This document shows, piece after piece, positions 28,913 through 42,397 of a stretch of 64,000 nucleotides of DNA. How positions within the stretch are numbered: the stretch's first letter is position 1; each line of letters starts with the position of its first letter. The position numbers and the translations under genes were made by a program. This DNA is from Eledone cirrhosa (lineage: Eukaryota), in NCBI GenBank assembly GCA_964016885.1, contig OZ024742.1, forward strand, positions 206,522,001-206,586,000, in the 5' to 3' direction. The notes under the pieces were generated by a model. It was not told where the DNA came from and did not search any database. It worked only from the letters and a program-made list of their open reading frames with translations.

Positions 28913-29315
28913 CTTATTAGAGATGAAATGAAACAAAAATTGTTTAATAATATAAAAAGAAATATATACTAATATTTATTAAATTTGATTAAAAGATAAC
29001 TTCTTACAAGAGATCCATTTTTTTTTATCAGAAACAAATCACTTTGGAAGATTTGAACTAGAACTTTGCATTGATGCTGGAATATGAAATCTATTTGTTT
29101 AAATTTTTACTAACATTTATTGTTAAATTAATTTCTCTGGTTGTATCCCATATTTTCATGTCTAAGGAATTACAAATCAGAAACAAGCAGATACACCTAC
29201 TTACACACAGATCCGATGATGTTATTCACTCTTTTAATAGCAAGATCTTTAGTAGTTGAACAGTTCTAGCCTTACACTATTGCAGTTGAGGGCATATGTG
29301 AGGTGGTGGTTATAA

Positions 29316-29668
29316 TAATTTTCTACTTTCGGCACAAGGCCATCAATTACCCAGTACATTACTGGTATTTTATCGACCCCGTAAGGATGAAAGGCAAAGT
29401 TAACCTCGGCGGGATTTGAACTCAGACTGTAAATGGAGGACGTAACTATGCTAGAAAGCATGGCGTCCGACTCTCTACCGATACTGCCAATCCACACCCG
29501 TTATAATTGTTTCTACTTTTGGCACAAGGCCAGCAATTACCCAGTGTATTACTGGTACTTTATTTTATCGACCCTGTAAGGATAAAAGGCAAAGTTAACC
29601 TCGGCGGGATTTGAACTCAGAATGGAAAGGGCCGTAACTCTTTGCGTCAAAGCATGGCGTCCGACCCT
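29316..29668 (-). mobile_element. Two tandem SINE family A copies
   Basis: 29316-29497 and 29505-29668. Confidence 0.88.
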
Positions 29669-29699
29669 GGTGGTGGTTATAATAATGGTGACAATCATG

Positions 29700-30530
29700 A
29701 CAGTCTTTCCTAGCATTCTTCTCTTGTCTTTTCGTTGTCCTTCCTCCACCAGCATATGAATCCCCTCTCCACACAGCCATATCCAAAAAGTATGGTCAAC
29801 AGTAAGAACCTTCAGGTCTTCAAGTCTAATCCTGCACTATGTCAAAGTACTCGTTATCTGATCCTTCTTTAGCCCTCTGGCTGAGCATCGACCATAATGT
29901 AGATGGCTATATTCACTTATGTGGAGTGCCCAGCATGGAAGTACCGTTATCACATGTCCCAAGCACTGGAGCTAACCCTGGGTTAATGATGGCCTCAAAA
30001 GGTTTGCAGTTGTTTTTTACAGGTATTTCAGTGTGAGACATATGATAAAGCCAGGTAAATTCCAGAATGTGCTGGAAGCAGCTCATATGGAAATGTTCCA
30101 AGAACTTAAAGTGATGATTGCAGTTTAGACAAGCTATAATGCAGGGTGGTGATGTATGCTTTTTGGTATATTGAGACCTTTGGTATATGGTGACATTTGG
30201 TGTATGATGACTTTTGTGGAGGATTGAGGGTCTTGTTCTGAAAAACTGTGTGCTCCAAAGACAAATAACTGTTTCTACTATTGGCACAAGGCCAGTAATT
30301 ATCACAGTGCATTACTGGTACTTTATTTTATCGACCCCGTAAGGATGAAAGGCAAAGTTAACCTTGGCGGGATTTGAACTCTGAATGACAAGGGCCATAA
30401 CTCTATGCGTCAAAGCATGGCGTCCGACCCTCTACCGATACTGCCAATTCACTGCCTCCAAAGACAAATGATGCTCCCATCCCTAGTGAGAGTATTGCAG
30501 ATATTTGAAAGATAGTATGACCAACATTAA
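29700..30530 (-). pseudogene. Decayed RTE LINE RT C-terminal region interrupted by SINE A (30266-30457)
   Basis: YQKAYITTLHYS..LEHFHMSCFQHILEFTW; SINE TSD CTCCAAAGACAAAT. Confidence 0.65.
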
Positions 30531-31081
30531 AGAAAAAGACTGGCTGGAGTGAGGAGCATTAGCATTTAATTGGAAGACCACTTCTGTCATATAATATACA
30601 TACTGACACAGAACTACAAATGCACAGTATTTCTCACATATAGATATATCTACACAAACTCAGTCACATGTTAGCACACACATATTCAGACATACACACA
30701 CAAAAAACACATATTAACACATACATATACAAATGCTAAAACACATACTGACACAGACAGACAAATACTGTTTGCATACACATGCACACCAAACTATAAA
30801 TACAAACATACCGACACAGACAGGCAGATATATAAACATAAACTAAAGTTCCAAAGAACATATATTTGGTTACAGATGATATTAGAGCTACATAGACAGA
30901 TACCATTCTACTTGGATTCACACCAGTTGTACATGTCTGTTTATATGTATGCATGTTTACATGTGTGTATTTTTGCATGGCTACATATGTATGTGTGTTT
31001 ATGCCAGATAGTAAATGTGCATGTATGCCTGTGTGTATGAATGTGGGTGTATGCTTGTGTGTGTGAGTGTGTATGTATGTT

Positions 31082-31124
<43 letters not shown>

Positions 31125-31481
31125 CCTTGCAGGAATGCTGTGTGCATGTGAATGTATGTGTGTAATTTAAGTAGAGATGAAGTGTAAATATTTATCCATC
31201 CTCTGCAGCAGTTTAGTAAATACTGCTAATTGCCATGACCTTTTCAAGATCAGAGATATTCATCAACAGGTGATCACATCGTTAGAATCCACAGGGACAG
31301 GTGAACAGAAAAGAATGGACAGGGGGTGGGGAGCAAGATTCGTTTGCATGCCATTCGTCACAGCTATTACTGATGGAGAATTATCTAACAGAAGTAACTG
31401 ATCCAGCAGAGAATTTTCAATGTGGTTGCTTGACCTCTTAGAATTAGCTGTCAAATCTCCTTCACCATTTTAGAAAAGAAC

Positions 31482-31482
<1 letters not shown>

Positions 31483-31512
<30 letters not shown>

Positions 31513-31597
31513 CTTCTTCTTCTTCTTCTTCTTCTTCTTCTTCTTCTTCTTCTTCTTCTTCTTCTTCTTCTTCTTCTTCTTCTTCTTCTTCTTCTTC
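31483..31597. repeat. (CTT)n microsatellite
   Basis: Pure trinucleotide run. Confidence 0.98.
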
Positions 31598-31739
31598 CAC
31601 TTTTTCCTGAGCGGGTCATAGGGGCAGGTTCCTCAAACATTCCTAGAAAAGAACACACTGGATAATATAGTTTGCACATAAGAAAAAAATAGGATAGTCA
31701 AAACTAGTATGTCTGATTTTAAGTCTGCTCTATCATCAT

Positions 31740-32295
31740 GTCAAATTTCCTCGGAATACTTCTTCACTTGTCCCTATCCATCATGGCTTCTGTGAGTTCA
31801 TTCTTTCTAGGATTCATTTCTTTACAAATCCACTCAAGAAACATTCATTGCATAAGGCTGACCACATTTTCTTCTCCATATGTGAGTTCCCGTAGCAGTA
31901 ACTGGTGTAATGACTCTGCCAGATCTCTTCACCATACGTGACCAATGAGACTGAGTCTTCTAGCCTTTATGATGTCTGTAATCGGTCTCAAGTCACTGTA
32001 TAAAGACTCTTTTGTTCTGTGCTCCCTCCAAGATACATTTTGCACATTATTCAGTAGTCTTCTATGTCTGCCATCTACCTGTCTTTCCATTTCTTTTGTG
32101 AGTGTCAAGCACTTTGTTCCATACATAAGCACATTATCAGCTGTTGATCAAAAGAACTTAACCTTTAGTTTGGTGTTCAAGTTTGATTTCCAAATGATAT
32201 CCATTTTGTTCAGTCTAACTTAATCCTAGTGCTCATGTCTTTTTCTGAGGTGTTAATCCACGAACCAAGATACCTAAAATCCTCAACTCTTTATA
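31740..32295 (-). pseudogene. RTE-like LINE RT C-terminal fragment
   Basis: EDFRYLGSW..VLMYGTKCLTLTKEMERQVDGRHRRLL..IIKARRLSLIGHV. Confidence 0.75.
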
Positions 32296-32689
32296 ATGTT
32301 TAACCCTAGGTCAACCCTGTTTCAGTTGTAACCATCCCATATTGATTTTCCAGACTAAATCATTCTGCATTAACTTCTTTTTTTTTTATGATAGAAAGTA
32401 TGGTGAGTGTGATTTTAGGATATTTGGTTGTTATTTGTAGCAGGCTGAGTGATCAGATAGAGGCACCCTTGTTGACTTACAACCTCTGAATTATAAAATG
32501 TGTTCCAGCCCTGACCATCCCATCTTATCTTTTTTATAGATTACATTACCCAATGTGTCCTTTTCTCTGAAACAGTAGATAGGGTATGATTTGAGAGTCA
32601 TTTGGCTGCTATTTCTAGCAGGTCAAGTGACTATTCAGAGTTAATGATTGAGCTACAGGCATGAAAAATTAGATTAATAATCAAGTAAA

Positions 32690-33435
32690 CAATGTATTCC
32701 ATATATTATTCATATTTGAGCACCATCCCCCGAGGAATGTATAATGATCCCAATGTATCTTTCATGTCTCAAATGCATCTCAGAGTTCCTCTCCTTGAAG
32801 GGCATCCAATACTACCTAAATTCTCTTGAAACAGCAGTGTTATTTCTGGAAACATAGCAATCTCACAGGGGAATAGGTCACTCCATAACTGATTTCAATA
32901 ATGTGAGAAAGCTGAAGGATTATTAGATGGTTCTATTGGATGAAGTTAATGAATATTTTTTCACATATTCCAGGATTTTACTCTTGATTGGTCAAACTGA
33001 ATGTTCATCACATTGAAGCAACACTCAATCAGCTTTGAAACATGTATGGAACTCAAATATCTGTGTTTAACCTAGAGAACATTCACCAAAAACCTGATGA
33101 AGCATTTTCAGGATTTTGGTGACAGATTTGTTGAGTTTCCTATAAAATTGGATGCAGATATGTTGTTTAATTTGTTGGCTGAGATAAAAATCCTGAAGCA
33201 TTCTAACACAATAATTCAATATCTCTAGTAATAATCGAATACAAGTAGATTGTCTGAAGCCTATTTAGAGACTTACTCGGTAGTCTGGCAATTAATGATT
33301 CAGCCATTTCTGTTGAATAGTACTAGCATAGCAAGTCAGGTTTGTCACCAGACATTGGTGCTGGGAAAACTTCAGAACATTCGGAGTGGGCTCTTTTTTG
33401 CAAGTAAACCAAGTTTGGATACTTTTCTATAAACT
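32690..33435 (-). mobile_element. Highly decayed Tc1/mariner remnant
   Basis: Minus strand 32690-32885 reads DLFPCEIAMFPEI..DAFET*KIHWDH, resembling the mariner C-terminus. Confidence 0.45.
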
Positions 33436-33844
33436 ATGTTTTCTAAATCAGAAGGTGCACTATTATAAAGTAGGAGGGCATTGACATGTAATGCATCTAA
33501 ATACCATTCTCTAAAGAATATATATTAGAAGTTTCAGTGTATATCAGATCACTATAGATTATATCACAAACATTAATCTTATTTATCTATGTTTCTACTA
33601 TCTCTGTGGTTTTTAATTCTTAGCATCCTGCATTGATTTAGTAGATAATGGTATTGTAAGGTCCTGTAACTCCTGATGGAGTCGTAAGGGTGCTGTAGTC
33701 ATTTACAGCATTTCTTGGGCATCTTAAACATGGTGAAGCTGATCATCTTTCCAAGTCTGAACAGAGCAGATTTCTTTCAGAAGAAGATAGAAAATGAGAG
33801 AGGAAATGAGAAAAAGATACAGAGGAAGAATCGACGCCTGTACT

Positions 33845-34195
33845 AGACTGGTACTTTTTATATTGACCTTGAAATAATTGTTTCTACTTTAGGCACAAGG
33901 CCAGCAATTACCCAGTGCATTACTGGTACTTTATTTTATCGACCCCGTAAGGATGAAAGGCAAAGTCAACCTCGGCGGGATTTGAACTCAGATCATAAAG
34001 GGATGTAACTATGCTGGAAAGTATGGCGTCCGACCCTCTACTGATACTGCCAATCCACCACCCTTGATTATTGACCTTGAAATAATGAAAGACAAAGTTG
34101 ACTTGGGCATGATTTGAACTTAGAGAGCAGAGAGCCAGATGGAATACTGCAAACCATTCTATCCGACATTCTAATGACTCTGCCAATTTGTCACC
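33845..34195 (-). mobile_element. Young SINE A (33876-34062) nested in an older related SINE
   Basis: TSD TATTGACCTTGAAATAAT; the host SINE resumes at GAAAGACAAAGTTGAC. Confidence 0.85.
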
Positions 34196-35284
34196 TTTTA
34201 GCAGATAATACTAGTGGATAAATCATTGGGAGAAATTGCAGTAATAGAATAAAGACTTTAATTTTTAATGTGATGCAGTATGACTGTTTTATACAGTTTT
34301 ATGTGATGTAGGACGTTAAGAGTTAAAGAAAGTTTTTGTTCTGCAGGTACAACTAAGAAAGCCCTGAAAGTTGTGGAAAGGTATAAAAGAGGGCATGATC
34401 ATGGTGATAGCCATCAGGATTATTTAATACCCTTTCAAGGGATAATATTCATATAAAAAGAGGGCAACAGATATGGCTGATTGCATACCTAGGAATGGCT
34501 CTGTAGTTAAGACATTTTTTATGTCACTAAATGGTGTCATTTACTACGGTCTAAGGTTGATTAAAGTATTGTGATCAAAATTGGGTTGATGGAAATTATG
34601 TGTGTGACAAATCCTATTCTTGGATGGTAGATTTAATCCCTCACTTGGTTTAACATGACCACCTGGTCCATGAATGATTTTAGTTGAAACCACTCAGTTA
34701 TGAGTATTCAGCTCAGGGTTCTAAACTTAACATAATTTCTTTCATTACTTCCTCTTGAAGATCGAAAAGGAGAAAGTTATGCCTGGACTGGAAGTCCTGA
34801 AAAGGATCACTGATGTTGTTCTCTCTCTTCTGACAAAGGCATCGATAAACAAAATATGAAATGAAGGTTCTTTTCTTGTTATTGTTATTGATGAATAATT
34901 ACTGATAGATTTGCAAATGGAAACTTATAGTATGGACAAAATGTTTAGTTCATGTTCTGAGTTTAAATCCTGCTTAAGTTAACTTTGAAAGAAAAACTTC
35001 CATGGTGGGTAAAGTAAAGTATCAGTTTAGGCTGGGAAATTAGTGAAATTGTTAGCAAGTTAGACAAAATACATTGTGAAATTTACTTTTGATCTTTACA
35101 TTAAGAGTTCATCTGTGTTTTCCTGAGAGAACACCAGTGGCATAGAGAGGAGAGACATGTATGTCCAGTCTTCCTTAAAAAACTTTGGCCAGGACCTGCA
35201 CCCTGGAGAAAAACTTTCCGAATGCAGATATGTAATCTATTGATTGATGGAGGTCTTAGTTATAGTGCACAATTGATGATTTAT

Positions 35285-35485
35285 GATTTAGGCACAAGGC
35301 CAGAAATTTGGAGAGGGGTAAGTTGGTAAAATCAACCCCCAATGCATTACTGGTGCTTTATTTTATTGACCTCATAAGAATGAAAGGCAAAGTTAACCTC
35401 AGCAGGAATTGAAATCAGAATGTAAAGGGATGTAACTTTATATTGCAAAGCATTGTGTCCGAAGCTTTACCGATACTGCCAACCA
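35285..35485 (-). mobile_element. Diverged SINE family A copy
   Basis: Tail, central domain and head are all recognisable. Confidence 0.8.
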
Positions 35486-35615
35486 CATATTGGCACATAG
35501 ATATATGAGATTATCATTCTTGATCTAATCCATATTGATCTGATGTAGAATGTAATGTGACAGGCAAGACAAGTTTCTTCCATAGCAATCAACACACATT
35601 ATATACAATTTGGCA

Positions 35616-35797
35616 GTGGATTGGCAGTATCGGTAGAGGGTCGGACGCCATGCTTTCCAGCATAGTTACGTCCCTTTATGATCTGAGTTCAAATCCCGCC
35701 GAGGTTGACTTTGCCTTTCATCCTTATGGGGTCGATAAAATAAAGTACCAGTAATGCACTGGGTAATTGCTGGCCTTGTGCCTAAAATAGAAACAAT
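35616..35797 (+). mobile_element. SINE family A, full length
   Basis: TSD ATTATATACAATTTGGCA on both sides. Confidence 0.92.
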
Positions 35798-37305
35798 TAT
35801 ATACAATTTGGCATTCAATAATATTGTTGTTTAGACTCTGATCAGACTTCATCAAGCAGAACTTTGATAATTTCTTCTGATTGCTACTTTCTATTTCAGT
35901 CAGTATACAACAAGAGTTCTTCTTATTTTAAGACAGTAGATTGTTATATAAGGTAAACGAGTGTGTCAGTTTGGTTTTCCATAGGTCTTTTAAATATTCA
36001 TATTAGTTAGTGGCTAGAATGTCACCATTATGTACTTGTATCCAATTGTTAGGTCTCTTTCTTGTATCCAGTTATTAAGTCCCAATTATTCAGCTTTCTA
36101 ATAGATTTAGTGCATACTGCATGTGTATGTGTGAGCAAGTGTGTGCTCACAAGAGAGAGAGAGAGAGAGACCGAAAGTGAGAGAGACCAAGTGAGAGAGA
36201 AAGAGATTGAGAGCGAGAGAGTCTGAGTGAGAGAGAGACCGAGAGAGAGAGAGTGAGGGAGTAAGTAGATGAGTGAGTATTCCAAAAGTATATCATTGCA
36301 GAATACTAACAAGTAATAAGAAAAACTTTCATATGAAGCTTGATACTTCATATGGAAAACAACATTTTGCAAACACTACAAAGCATCGAACCATATGCTG
36401 ACATTCACATAAAAAATTCTAAATTCTCTTTCAGCCAGAGTTTTATGATTTCTACTTAAATTTTATATCCATCCATCCACACACACACAGATATATATCG
36501 TGTATACATCTCCGATCTCTTGGACTTTTACAAAGCACTGAGGGGATAAAGTTAATATAAAGATAACTATGTCTTACTCATACATTTCATTTGGCACAGT
36601 TTCTACAGCTTGATTCCTTTCTTAACATCAGCTCCTTTACATTGTATACTGGTGTATTTTATCATGGTATCAGTACTACCACTTTACAGAGCGTACTGGG
36701 TGCATTTTATTGTAGCATCAGAAACATTGCTTTACAGAGTGTACTGGGTGACACAAGCATTTACACATATGGATTGTATTGGGGGGCACTTTATTGTGGT
36801 ACCAGCACTAGGGCAATTATTGTGTCCTCAGCCAGGTGGAGAGAGAGGTGATAATGGGAGTGGGGAGGGGGGGACATGGCAAAAGTGGAGCTATGGGATG
36901 GGTATCAATGGCAGCAGCATATTACTATTTGAGGGGGAAAAAGAGAGAGTGAGAGAAAATGTAAGGCTGCAGAGTTGGCCTTGACGATGAGGAGTGTGTG
37001 TGTGTATGTGTGTGGAGGAGTTGGAGGGATTCATAAGGTTAATGGATAAATGAAGGGTTATGTTGAAAACTTTATGAGTGGGCAGTTCAGTGAGTATAGG
37101 GTGGATAGAACATCAAAAGATGATGGTTATCAGAGCCAAGCTAACCTACCTACCTACAGTTATATAAGCTGTGGGCAAGAGAGAGAGAGAGATGATTCAG
37201 ATCAGTCATGGGCATACTGCTGCCCACAAAGCTTTCTGAATGGCTTGCTGAAGTCACCTAAGTGAAAACTTTCCAATTTTTTTACCTCAACTTCTCAGTC
37301 GTAAT

Positions 37306-37690
37306 GGAGGCACATGGCTTAGTGGTTAGAGCATTGGCCTTGCAATCGAAAGGTTGTGAGTTCAATTCTCAGACCAGGTGATGTGTTGTTTCCTTGAGCA
37401 AGAGACTTTATTTCACATTGCTCCAGTTTACTCAGCTGTAGAAATGAGATGATAGGGACTGGGGTCCTATCATTCCACTGCAAAGTGGTCGTGGAGGTGC
37501 CACGGCAAAAAGCACCCAGCCCACACTGTAAAGTGAATGTGGAGGTGCCACGGCAAAAAAGCACCCAGCACTCACTGTAAATGAGGTTGGTGTTAGGAAG
37601 GGCATCCAGCTGTAGAAATCAAGCCAGAATCAGTTCCCGCCCCACCCTTGCAAGCAGGGAAAAGCAGACGTAAAATGATGATAATGATAA
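37306..37690 (+). mobile_element. CORE-type SINE family B, full length
   Basis: tRNA-like head, CORE-like block, internal tandem GTGGAGGTGCCACGGCAAAAAGCACCCAGC, (ATG/ATA)n tail. Confidence 0.87.
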
Positions 37691-38740
37691 TTTTTATGAT
37701 CGAGGAAAAGAACGTGTACGAATTCTGAAGTAACAAAGCAAAACAACCCGAGTCACCGCCCTTTTATTTTAATGTGGGCATGAATGTAAATTAGCACTTT
37801 CGGCCCGCCTGGTGATGAGCCATATCTCATGCGGCCCATGCCTGATTCAGATAGTAAAGGAAGGGGCAGTCAATGATCTGAGCGAAACTATAAATTTATA
37901 TATACATTTACACTGTCTTGGTTACTTCTATTCTGTGTATATACAGATATTGTTGTATATATACAAATATATATCTTGACTAACTACCAACATAAACACT
38001 AATAATATACAAATTAATGTGCCCATTTCAGGATACTTCTATAAGTGGTAGGGTATATAAGACACTGGATTACATATTTCTTTGTGGTGGTTTAGATGAT
38101 CTACAGAATTTCTGATGACAAACCAATAAAAGGTGCTTATAATTTTTTTTCAATTCTCAGAGAAATATATATTTGGTATGTTTATATGTGTATATACTAA
38201 AACATGTAAATTTATAAACACATTTTCACAGGATCATTTACTTCTTTTCTGTATATTTACATATATAACTTTATCATAGAAAGGAGAGATGATGAATGGA
38301 GAGATGCTGTGCTGAATAGGACCCATCCCACCCTTGCAAGCATGGAAAAGTGGACGTAAAATGATGATGAAGTTCATTCTGTCATTACAACAGCACAGGT
38401 CTGACAAGCTTTTGATTCCAGAGTCGGGCCAGATCGATACAGATCGAACCTTGAGTTGATCAATAGCAAAACGTAATGAAGGCTTAACAAATCGTCCTTG
38501 TATTATTATGTATATATGATATATATATATATATATGATATTTAATATATATATGGTTGTCTCTAGAAGTTGCTTGTAATAGCAGTCCTTCTCTTCTTTA
38601 CCTAGGCCTGCTTGGGGAGCATAGGTACAGATAATTGTCAGCAGTCTATTGCCAACAATGACAACAACAGTAATAATGATGTTAAAAATTCTAAATATTT
38701 TTCTTTGCAGAAAAGGAAAAATCAACGGAAGAATCACATC

Positions 38741-39217
38741 TCAGGGTTGCCACACTTAATGTTGGCACTCTGAGAGATAGATCTGGTGAGATAGAGAAGA
38801 CATGTGGATGCGTGCTGTGTGCAAGAGGTGAGATGGAGAGGTGTCTCAGCAAGACTAATCGCAGTTAAACAGCTTAGCTATAAGCTTCTCTGGGTAGGAA
38901 ATGATGATGGGTTTGGTGGGGTAGGCATTTCACTGGCCAAGAAGAGGATCAATAAGACAATAGAGGTAGTCAGTAACAGAAGTATTAAGATTAGATTAGT
39001 TGTAGGCAAGAGACTGCTGACAATTATCTCCACCTATGCTCCCCAAGCAGGCCTAGTTTACCTAGAGCAACTTCTAGAGACAAACATAATGACAGAGGAC
39101 AAAGACATAGTCGTACTTGCAGGTGACTTCAATAGTCATGTTGGACAGCTCCTGGGTGGATACATGGTTATGGCTCAAGAAACGAAGGACTGAGACTTCT
39201 TCGATTTTGTGATGCAA
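38741..39217 (+). pseudogene. RTE LINE AP-endonuclease fragment (partial inverted copy at 38555-38657)
   Basis: LRVATLNVGTL, DACCVQEVRWRG, TYAPQAG, LAGDFNSHVG. Confidence 0.85.
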
Positions 39218-39835
39218 GAGGTTAGAAAAGCCCTTAATCCATTTAGCATAGTATGCAAAAAGACCGATTACCCGGTTCAACTCTTTTAACGTCTTTGGGG
39301 ACGGCATGTCAATAAGGGCTTTATAACTTTCAGGGTCCGGTCTTAATTTACTTTTTTCTATGACATGTCCAAGGAAATGTATTCTATTTTGTTTAAAGCT
39401 GCATTTGTCTCGATTCAATTGCATACCTGCATTGTTAGCTGCATTCATGAATTGCTTTAGGTTATGGTTATGTTCTTCAACTGTCTCCTCCTATAATAAT
39501 GTCGTCAAGGTATGAGTAGGTATTTTGTAAGTTGTAATTGTCTATGAAAGTGTTCATTATTCGTTGGGAAATTGGAACGGCGTTTGTGCATCCAAACGGA
39601 AGACGAGTAAATTCGTATAGTCGGCCACAGGCTTCGAATGCAGTCAACTTAAAGTCGGAAGATTTGATGGGTATTTGGTGATAAGCCGCCTTTAGATCCA
39701 TTTTCGAGAAATACGTGTGTTTTGAAATTTTGTTGAGTAGGTCTTCGATTATGGCATTAGGGTATGAATCTAATGGTGTGTAACGATCTATAGTGCCTGA
39801 GTAGTCTATGACAAGACGTTTTTTTGTTTTCTTGA
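39218..39835 (-). pseudogene. Ty3/Gypsy reverse transcriptase fragment without LTRs
   Basis: RLVIDY, MDLKAAYHQIPI, TAF, RLPFGCTNA, SYLDDIII, KCSF..FLGH, GLFAYYAKWI. Confidence 0.9.
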
Positions 39836-40229
39836 TCCCATTGTCATCCCACCCTTTACTCTATTCTATGTTACTGTACCACAATGATGTTGTGGATCGA
39901 ACTTCTGGCCCATCCATACTCAACCTCTCCTCATACTAACTATTCTCCTCATCACTTTACCCTGCAATTCTTTTCAAGATCACCACTACAGTTTTTCTTC
40001 CTAACATCACCCTTGTGCCAGAGGAAGACTATTAAAGGAATGTCTTTTTGACAGTAGTTCTTTAAACCAGTCAGACTTCTACATTCACTTTGGAGCCCTT
40101 ACAGATTGCAGAAGTATATTCTGTTATTTAGCAGCACTTTATTTTAATCAACAGGTACATGTGTAAACCTTCCTAAACGACCTTTCTATTAAACAATCAA
40201 TTGTCATGATATTACTATAGTTAGTATTT

Positions 40230-40585
40230 TGTCTGACATTATGTGTTCATTGGTAACTAATGAGACCAACCATGGAAAGATATACACAACTACAAATACT
40301 GCTATTGAAGTTTGTCCTATCTACTTCACAAATTTTGCACATTTGTGCAGATCACTTAAACTCTGTATGAGAAATATATGCTTCTTGAAAGAAAAATCTC
40401 TGCATCATCTTTTACCAATCTTTTTCATTGCTTTCAATGAATATTTTACACAGTCTTAAAATGATATCCATAGTTTATACAAGGATGACTTTCTGCATAC
40501 ACGCTCACCATACAGCATCTGCTATGAGATCCTCTGATCATGCTTTTGTACAGGATGTCCTGTCCAATGTAACTGGAGCTTGTGT
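40230..40585 (-). pseudogene. Decayed RTE LINE 3' region
   Basis: QLHWTGHPVQKHDQRIS*QMLYGE..FKDCVKYSLK. Confidence 0.6.
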
Positions 40586-40749
40586 GCTATCGTCTTAACG
40601 CTCTATTCTTCAAAATCTCTATGTCTGAAGATTGTGAGGACCAACTGTCATTCAGAATATATCTTAAACATCTGTGACCAAAGAGCTCAAGAACTACTAC
40701 ATGGTGCTTGTAAACGTTGTATATGATGATGATAATATGTATATATGTG

Positions 40750-40799
<50 letters not shown>

Positions 40800-40946
40800 A
40801 AAATGTTTAACCCCAACGTCAGAGCTCAAGCCGTTTTGAGATCTGCCGTCAGGATTAAACATTTTCCTATTACCCACTCTACTACCCTAAGTATTGAGTA
40901 CTCTGGTGCGTTATGGTACATCTGCTTCCTTACCACATCTCCTTCG

Positions 40947-40985
<39 letters not shown>

Positions 40986-40990
<5 letters not shown>

Positions 40991-42330
40991 CAAAAACAAA
41001 GAGCGCTTACAACATCAATTAATCTTTATTTGCTGACAGTGTTTCGTCCTTGCATAATTGCAGAACTCATCAGAGCGTTATAAAGAGGAATTAGATCAAT
41101 AGTATAAACTCTACCGTCCTATATCACAAGAACGATCCATATGTAGCACAGAGGACTAAGAAGAGTGGGGTGCTTCGACGACGCGTCACCGCTAGAAGTC
41201 GATACATATAAGACCAATATCAGTTACAATCGGATAATTTAAGTCATTCGTTACACCACGTGGTATGCTGAGAAACTTAGGATTGCATGGACTCACAACC
41301 TCACAGCTATGATGCGGAGGTATTGATCCCAACATGAGATTGGAGTGGATGGTATTGTAATCGTAAGGGGTAACACGGACGAATGGAACAGGTGGATACA
41401 TGTATGTATATATATATATGAGTGTGTGCGTATGTACGTAGGTCTATGTAGACTTACACACACACACGCAAACGTTATATTCTACTGATATCCATGATGA
41501 TTGCTTTCACCTGCTTCCACTACGCTTTGCTTTGACGACCTATATGTTCTGTGAACCAGACAGATAAATTGCATTTGAACGCCACCTACAACACTTGTTG
41601 CCATACTGTGGTGGATACATGGAATTCCACTATATGATCGTTTTATCTGGCTCTCGCTATATCTGATATCTGACTCTGCCTACATCATTCACTTTCGTTA
41701 ATATTATTCTTAAACTGTCACCTCTGAAATCCTTTACTGTCTACAACTACATTTATTTGCATTGCTTATATAATGTGTTATCTTTTATGTTTCATTTTTA
41801 TCTTTATTTTTATCACCTTTTATTCTCATATTTTATTCTCATTTTTATCTTTATTATTCTATATTATTTTTTTATATTTTCTTAGATTATCATCACTTTA
41901 TTGTTATCTTTATTTTATCCTTACTTCTAGACTCTACCCTTTACGCTTTATCTCTTATCTTTAACTTCCTTATCTTTTATTTTCCCATATCTTTAATTAT
42001 TGTAACTGATTTTGGTCTTATATGTATCGACTTCTAGCGGTGACGCGTCGTCGAAGCAACCCACTCTTCTTAGTCCTCTGTGCTACATATGGATCGTTCT
42101 TGTGATATAGGTCAGTAGAGTTTATACTATTGATCTAATTCCTCTTTATAACGCTCTGATGAGTCCTGCAATTATGCAAGGACGAAACACTATCAGCAAA
42201 TAAAGATTAATTGATGATGTAAGCGCTCTTTGTTTTTGTTTCATATAACGGCTCTACTTTGAGCTAATTAAATACTGTCATAAATTCGACAGGACGCCTG
42301 TATCTTATACACACGTTCTATTGTCTAAAC

Positions 42331-42332
<2 letters not shown>
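40986..42332. mobile_element. Non-coding PLE-type element with ~260-bp inverted repeats carrying hammerheads
   Basis: Arms ~40986-41240 and ~41995-42245; HHRs at 41032-41076 (minus) and 42153-42197 (plus): GCT-CTGATGA-gtcctgca atta tgcaaggac-GAAA-CACT(G/A)-TC-AGC; TA flanks. Confidence 0.85.

Positions 42333-42397
<65 letters not shown>

Noticed and set aside
31470-31679. Poly-arginine ORF
   Set aside because: (AAG)n microsatellite
37306-37375. tRNA-like sequence
   Set aside because: Head of SINE B running straight into the CORE-like block; no proper acceptor stem
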